Source: the human T2T-CHM13v2.0 reference genome, Homo sapiens. Taken from it: 64,000 nt of DNA. A program made the position numbers and the translations under genes. The notes below the pieces were generated by a model that had not been told where the DNA came from, searched no databases, and saw nothing but the letters and a program-made list of their open reading frames with translations. Location: assembly GCF_009914755.1 (NCBI RefSeq), contig NC_060928.1; one strand, given 5' to 3'. This document shows, piece after piece, positions 57,266 to 64,000 of the stretch (position 1 is the first letter of the stretch; each line of letters begins with the position of its first letter).

Positions 57266-58207
57266 TCTTCATTTTTCTTCATCACCATCATCATTGTCTT
57301 CTTTATACCATTATATATTTTAAATAAAATTACAGAACCAAAAACAAAGTAAAAATTAAAAAAAACTTCTACATAGGATGTCAGAATCCTAACTACTAAA
57401 ATGAATTAAAATTGAACCTATTTTCAATGTCTTCACTTAAAAAATATCTTTTTTTCTGATTATAAATTGAATTTATATGTATTTGAAAAAAATTTTTAGA
57501 GGAAGGCCTTAGAAAGAAAATACAAGTAACAATTAAACTCACAATTCCAGGGAAAACCAATGTTAATATTTGTGTGTACTTCACAGTAAACTATATAAAA
57601 TAAATGAATAAAAATATAGGAATATTTATAGTAATGTACATACATAAAAGAATGCTATACCAACATAATTTTTTAAAGTTAAAATTAGGTTAGTTATTTT
57701 TATCATGCTTTTACATTTCAAAATAAACACCAAGTATTTTGATGTGTCAGTTAATATCCTTTGAAAATATAATTTATACTAATTACTTTTCCATATAAAA
57801 ATGAAATATCATTAATTTATTTACCCAAAGTTGAGAATCTTTACATATTTTTACTATTATAAATAATGCTATGATATTTTTCCCATAAATATTTGATTAA
57901 ATTACTTAATATTACTCTGGAATAATTTCTTAAAAGGAAACTCTGGATCTTGACCATATTGCCACATTTTCTCTGCAGTGTGGGGCTTGATTTATCATTC
58001 TATATTCTGTATTAGAAGGCACCTGTCTCCACATCCTCACTGACTGTTAAGTGACACCATGTTTATATTACAACACCTTGATAGGTACAAGAAAAAAAAA
58101 TATGGACCCTACATTCCTGGAAGAAAAATTCACAGAAAGAGAATATACACAGATTAAAAGACAATAGGATTAGTTATTAAGAAGATGAATACAATAAAGA
58201 GGATGAA

Positions 58208-58721
58208 GTGGGTGGAATAATTGTCTCCCAGAAATGTTCCTGTCCTAATCCCTGAAACCGACAAAGATTCCAATTTACATGGTAAAGTGAATTAAGGTTG
58301 CAGATGGAATCAAGGTTGTGAATCAGATGACCCTAAAATAGGGAGATTTCCCTGTATTATACCGTGAGTCCAATGCAATTCCAAAGGTTCTTATAAGCGA
58401 AGGAGGGAAACAGAAGAGGCAGAGTCAAAATGAAGTGATATGAGAATGATTTGACCTGCTACCTCAAACCACCCTTGAAAATTGAAGGAATAAGTCTATG
58501 AGCCATTAATGTGGGTGGCTTCTAGAAGCTGGAAAGGAATGAGAAACAGGTTTTTCCCTTTTAACCTCCAAAAAGAAACTCAGTCCTGCTGACACTTTCG
58601 TTTTGGCCAATGAAACTCATTTTAGCCTCCAGAACTACAGAACTATAAGGTAATACATTTGTGTTGCTTTAAGACACTGAGATTGTGGTAATTTTTTACA
58701 GCAGCCATAGGAAACTAATAG
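58208..58721 (+). mobile_element. MLT1D-like solo LTR
   Basis: tcctaatccctgaaacc...gaattaaggttgcagatggaatcaaggttg...acagcagccataggaaactaata. Confidence 0.87.
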
Positions 58722-58799
58722 AAAAGCTAAAAGAAAAATAAACATGCTATGGTAGTATTAAAATCTATATTGTTGCCAAAACATTCCATGAAAATCCCT

Positions 58800-61580
58800 T
58801 TCATAGTGTTATCTTACGATCCATTTTATTTCTGTGGCATCTGTAGTAATGTTGCCTCTTTCATTTCTGATATTGAGTCTTCTTTTTTTCTTTATCTAGC
58901 TAACATTTATGAATTTTGTTTGTCTTTATTTTAAAAACTGCTTAATAGTCTATTTTAAGCTGATAAGTTCAATAGCACACAGAAACTCTAGAATAATCTC
59001 TGCAGTCACACACAGGAGCTCTAACACCCTACCCCACACTTTATTTTATTGTTGCTGCAATTTACATCCATTCATATTGTGTCTCTTTTAACATATTTTA
59101 TTTCTTTTTTTAATACTTTTGTCTTTTGACTTTTATACTAGAATTAAAAGTCATTATTACTGTAGTAATCATTTCACTATGTATATGTATATGAAAACAT
59201 CATGTTGCATACCTTAAATATGTACAATAACATATTTGTAATGAATAAAAAATAATAGTCATTTATACACCACTATTGCAGTAATGCAATATCTGTATCT
59301 GTCCCTATACTTACCTTTATTGTCAAGTTTCATACTTTCTTATGCTATGGTGTTGCTGTTTAGTATCCCATCATTTCAACTTGAAGAACTCCTTTTAGCA
59401 TTTTTTCTAAGACAGGTAATATACTATTGGTGATGATCTCTCTCAGATTTTGTTTATTTTAAGTAGTTTTTAATCTCTCCTCCACTATTAAAGGCCAGGT
59501 ATAGTGTTCTTGGTTGGCAGTTTCTTTTCTTTTAGAACTTTGAATGTATCATCCCACTCCCTCTGGCCTGCAAGGTTTCTGCTGAAAATTCAGATAGTTT
59601 CATGGACATTTTCTTTTATATGACAAGTTACTTTTCTCTTTATCTCAAAATACACTTTGTTTTTGACTTTTTACAATGTGATTACAATGTGTCTCAATGT
59701 TGATTTGTTTGAGTTCATCTTATTTGGGAACTTTTGGGCTTCATGGATCTGAATGTCTATTGCCTTCCTCAGATTTGGGAAGTGTTCAGCCATTATTTCT
59801 TTAAATAGGCTTTCTGGCCCCTTCTCTCTTCTCCTCTGATACTTCCTTAATGCTTATATTGGTGTCCTTGAAGAGGTCCTATCAGTTTCTTAAGTTTTCT
59901 CCACTCATTTTTGTTCTTTTTACTCTACTGACTGAATCATTTCCAATGATATGTTTTCAAGTTCACTGATTGTTTCTTCTGCTTCGCCTAGTCCATTGCT
60001 GAAGCTCTCTATTAAATAATTTAATTCAGTTATTGCGTTCCTCAGCTTCAAGATTTCTGTTTTGGTACTTTAAAAATATTTTCTATGGCTTTGTTGAAAT
60101 TCTAACTTTTTTCCTGCATTTTTCTCTTGACCTCCATAAACATCTTTATATCATATTTTGCATTCTAAATGAAGTAAATCATATAATGATGTTTCATTAG
60201 GGTTGGTTTCTGAAGATTTATCTCTTCTTTCTTTGTTTGGAACATCTTTGCCTGTTTCTACGTTTTCCTTAGTTATCTGTGTTGATATTTGCACATTAGA
60301 CACAGAAGGTCATCTCTCAGTCTTTACAGACTAGCCTTGTATAGGAGGAAACCTCCACCAACCAGCAAAGCCAGAGATTCTAGTCCTTCTAATAACTCTC
60401 TCTCTCCATGAAAAGAAGCAGGTGTGATTTTTGTCTACTCCTCTGTGCTGACCTGGGGTGGGAAACTATTGTATCAACCAGTCCAAACTACCATTTCTAT
60501 TAATCTTTTATCCCAGGTGTCTAGACTGTACCAGACCCATCAGAGATCCAAGAGTGGCAAGTCTCTTACCAGTTCTTTGTGTAGTCCTGGAGAGGTTGGG
60601 TGCTGGGCTCATGATCAATTCTTTTCTTCTCTAGAAGAAAGCTGACACTTGGGATATTTTTTCTGCTTGCTCTGTGCTGAGCAGGAGGGAGTATCTATGG
60701 TGTCCACCAGCACTAGCTTCCATCTATTTTCTTCCCTGGTGGCTAGACTGTGATAGGCCTCTCAGAGCTCTAAGACTGGTCAGTAAGATGCCAGTTCTTT
60801 GGAGAGCCCTGGAGAAATTTGGGTGTTGGATGCACCAGTCAAGTCTTCCACACCCTTCCCAATCCCAGGAGAAAGCTGAGAGCTGGAATTTTTTGTCTGC
60901 TCTCTATGTACTGAGAAGTAGGGAAGATCTATGCTGTCTACCAGCTCAAGCCCCATCTCCATTCTCCCACAGGTGTCTAGACTGTGCCAGACCCATTCGA
61001 GCTCTAAAACTAGTTAGATAGATGCTAGATCTTCAGGCAGCCATTGAAAAGTTGGAGTGTCAGATACACAGATCAGCACTCTTCCTCCACAGCAGGAAGC
61101 TGAAAGCTGAGATTTCTTATCTGCTTACTGTATGCCAAGAAGTTGGGTTATGGGGGGGCAGGGTCTGTGGCATCCACCAGATGAAACCACCATCTCCATC
61201 CTCTGCAGAAAGCTAGATTGTGGTAGACCAGTCAGAGCTCCAACTGACAGACGTAATTCGTGTATAAAGCCCCTTTAAAAATTTTGGAGTACTGGACACA
61301 AATCAATCTCTTCCAATGACTGGGTGAAGCTGGGAACTAGGGGTTCTCTTTCTGATTGTATGGCAGTACACTGGGGACAGGGACTCCACTGAGAGGATGT
61401 TCTGAATCTCCCTACCAACTTTGGTAACTCTGATTTTTCATTTTCCCAGGATGTGGTAGTCATTCAATTAGCTTCAGAATTTCTTACAAAGATAATTTGT
61501 TCAAATTGTTGTTGAAATATGTTCTGGGGAGTAGGACGGTGCAGAACTTCCCACTCTGCCGTTTTGCTGATGTCACTCTG
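58800..61580 (-). mobile_element. Ancient L1 5' half (ORF1 and 5'UTR with tandem monomers)
   Basis: Reverse ORF1 motifs (ctggcctgcaaggtttctgctgaaaa, agatttgggaagtgttcagccattatttctt) and a 5' end ttcccactctgccgttttg. Confidence 0.8.
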
Positions 61581-63368
61581 TAGGAGATGCTTGATCCTAT
61601 TTAAACTTTCTATTTTAGAAGATAGTTGCCTTTCTATGTTTAGAGTATTTATATTCTGGTGTGCTTTTGTGGGCTGAGTTCCAAAAATGTTTAATTTTGA
61701 TAGCTCTTTCAATATTATTATACTTTACTTTGCTTTTTTAATTCTGAAGGGGTTTCAGCTCAATCATTGCTGGTGCCATCTGGGGCAGAAGGCCCTTTCT
61801 AGGCCATTCAAGTCATTGGGCCACTTTGACGCCTGAAGATGGAAGGAACAAAAACAACGAGGCTTTGGTCTTCCTATGTCATTTGATAGAGGGCTAGGAA
61901 ATATCAAGTTTGATGGATAATACTTCTGTGGCTCATTCAGGCTGCATTTCACTGGCCTTATTCTACAGCAGGGTTGTATCAGCTAGGTAGGCCTTCACTG
62001 ATGCCTCTGAAGGCAGATCAGTTAGCTAGTTACCTGGTTATCGAATGACGGTTAGGTTAGTCATCCAGTGCTGTGATGTTGCCAATATGGGTGGAATGGA
62101 CAGCCCACCAGTGCACTGAATGTGGACTGTGTTTGGTGGGCCTGCCAAGTCTGAAATGGCCACTGTGGGTGAATCAACACACACATGTGTCCTGACTCCC
62201 TGACTCTAAAGAAGGGGCTGGAGCAACTCCCCATGTCTTTGCCGAGCTTTTCCATTCTTAGTCATTTGGCCAGAAAGTGAAAGCTTTTCTTTAGCTATTA
62301 TTGTTATTATTTTTGTCTATGCCTGTTGGAGGTTTGGGGTTAAAGATCTGTCTAGCACCCAGTTTGGGATATACATGAAAGATAAGAAGAAACTCAGATA
62401 ACTGACCTTCCTCAAGTCCAAAGGTCACTAGTCAGAATTTTTCTTTTTATTAACCATCCTTCTATTCTCTATGTCCATGAGTTTTCAGAGTCTTTTTGTT
62501 GTTGTCCATTGACTTGTTTCAGAGTATTAAATTGTATTTAGAACGAAGGATAAGGAAAAACTGAAACTACAAAACTTTGTTCCAGAGCATGCATTTATCA
62601 TAGATGTTGAATAATGTTCTTCTTTAAAAACATAATAAAGTGTAAACATATTTTGAGTAATACTTATTTCACTCCAAGAACAATCAGCTTCAAGTCAACC
62701 ATTATTTATTACATAAAGAATTAAACCAGGCATTATATGAGACACTAATATTTGTGAAAGATGCAAATGATGCTCTTGAGGATCTTCCTGCTGACAAGGC
62801 TAGTGAGAAGAGGAAGTTAGCGAAGAAACAGAAAATTAAATAAATATTGTGCCATAGAAAGGTATATGATAAGAACCAAAAATTTAAAATAACATAAGAA
62901 TGGTTTTTAAAAATGTCTCTTAGATAATGTTTTCAACTAATTTATCATCTGAAATGGAATAGAAAATCTATTAATGCTTATGACAATTTAACACGTGTAA
63001 ATTGAAACTGTCTCAGAAATTGAAGATATAAGTTCAGCTTACCCTTAAAAAATTTTGTTTCAATTATTGTGGAAATATTTGCAAATAATTACATATTTAA
63101 AGAACTGTATAGTGAATCAATTTCCCACCGTTTATATTCAATAACTATCTGTGTATGGCCAAGTTTTATTTTCTGTACACTCCCTATTCCCTTTTCCCTA
63201 TCAATATTTCAGAGCAAATTCTAGGCAATTTTTTGAGTCATTCCTTGATGAAAGCACTAATCACTTTTATCTCATGTTTTTTTCTCTTTCTCCTCTTCCC
63301 CACTGGATTCTCTTATAAGAAGAATTTCTGTACACTCATCCACATGCTGCTTTTTGTTTTACTTATAG

Positions 63369-64000
<632 letters not shown>

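Noticed and set aside
60480-61400. Repeat-spacer pattern as a CRISPR-like array
   Set aside because: Eukaryotic DNA. The 'spacers' are themselves homologous, so these are diverged tandem monomers, and there are no cas genes.

Overview
AT-rich, repeat-dense primate (human-like) genomic DNA. The only recognisable protein-coding sequence is the start of ADAM29, a testis disintegrin/metalloprotease (+ strand, ATG at 63549). It is open at the window end, so it is missing from the ORF track. The window appears to hold most of the ADAM29 transcription unit: a candidate promoter and first exon near 6.2-6.5 kb, candidate non-coding exons near 8.7, 19.0 and 24.95 kb, a ~38 kb intron, then the terminal exon from 63369. 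Most of the rest is fossil mobile DNA: Tigger1, MER2, MADE1, MER81, many L1 fragments, Alus, solo LTRs and a two-LTR THE1-type MaLR provirus. Repeat subfamily names come from recalled consensus sequences and need RepeatMasker/Dfam confirmation. Nearly all listed ORFs are repeat-derived or chance. I see no convincing new biological system. The best leads are: a decayed ADAM20-like N-terminal extension in the ADAM29 5'UTR (now uORFs), an unidentified retrocopy-like insert, a diverged duplicated forkhead-motif block, competing hairpins at a 5'UTR splice donor, a ~90 bp twin-primed L1, and a ~230 bp monomer array in an old L1 5'UTR.
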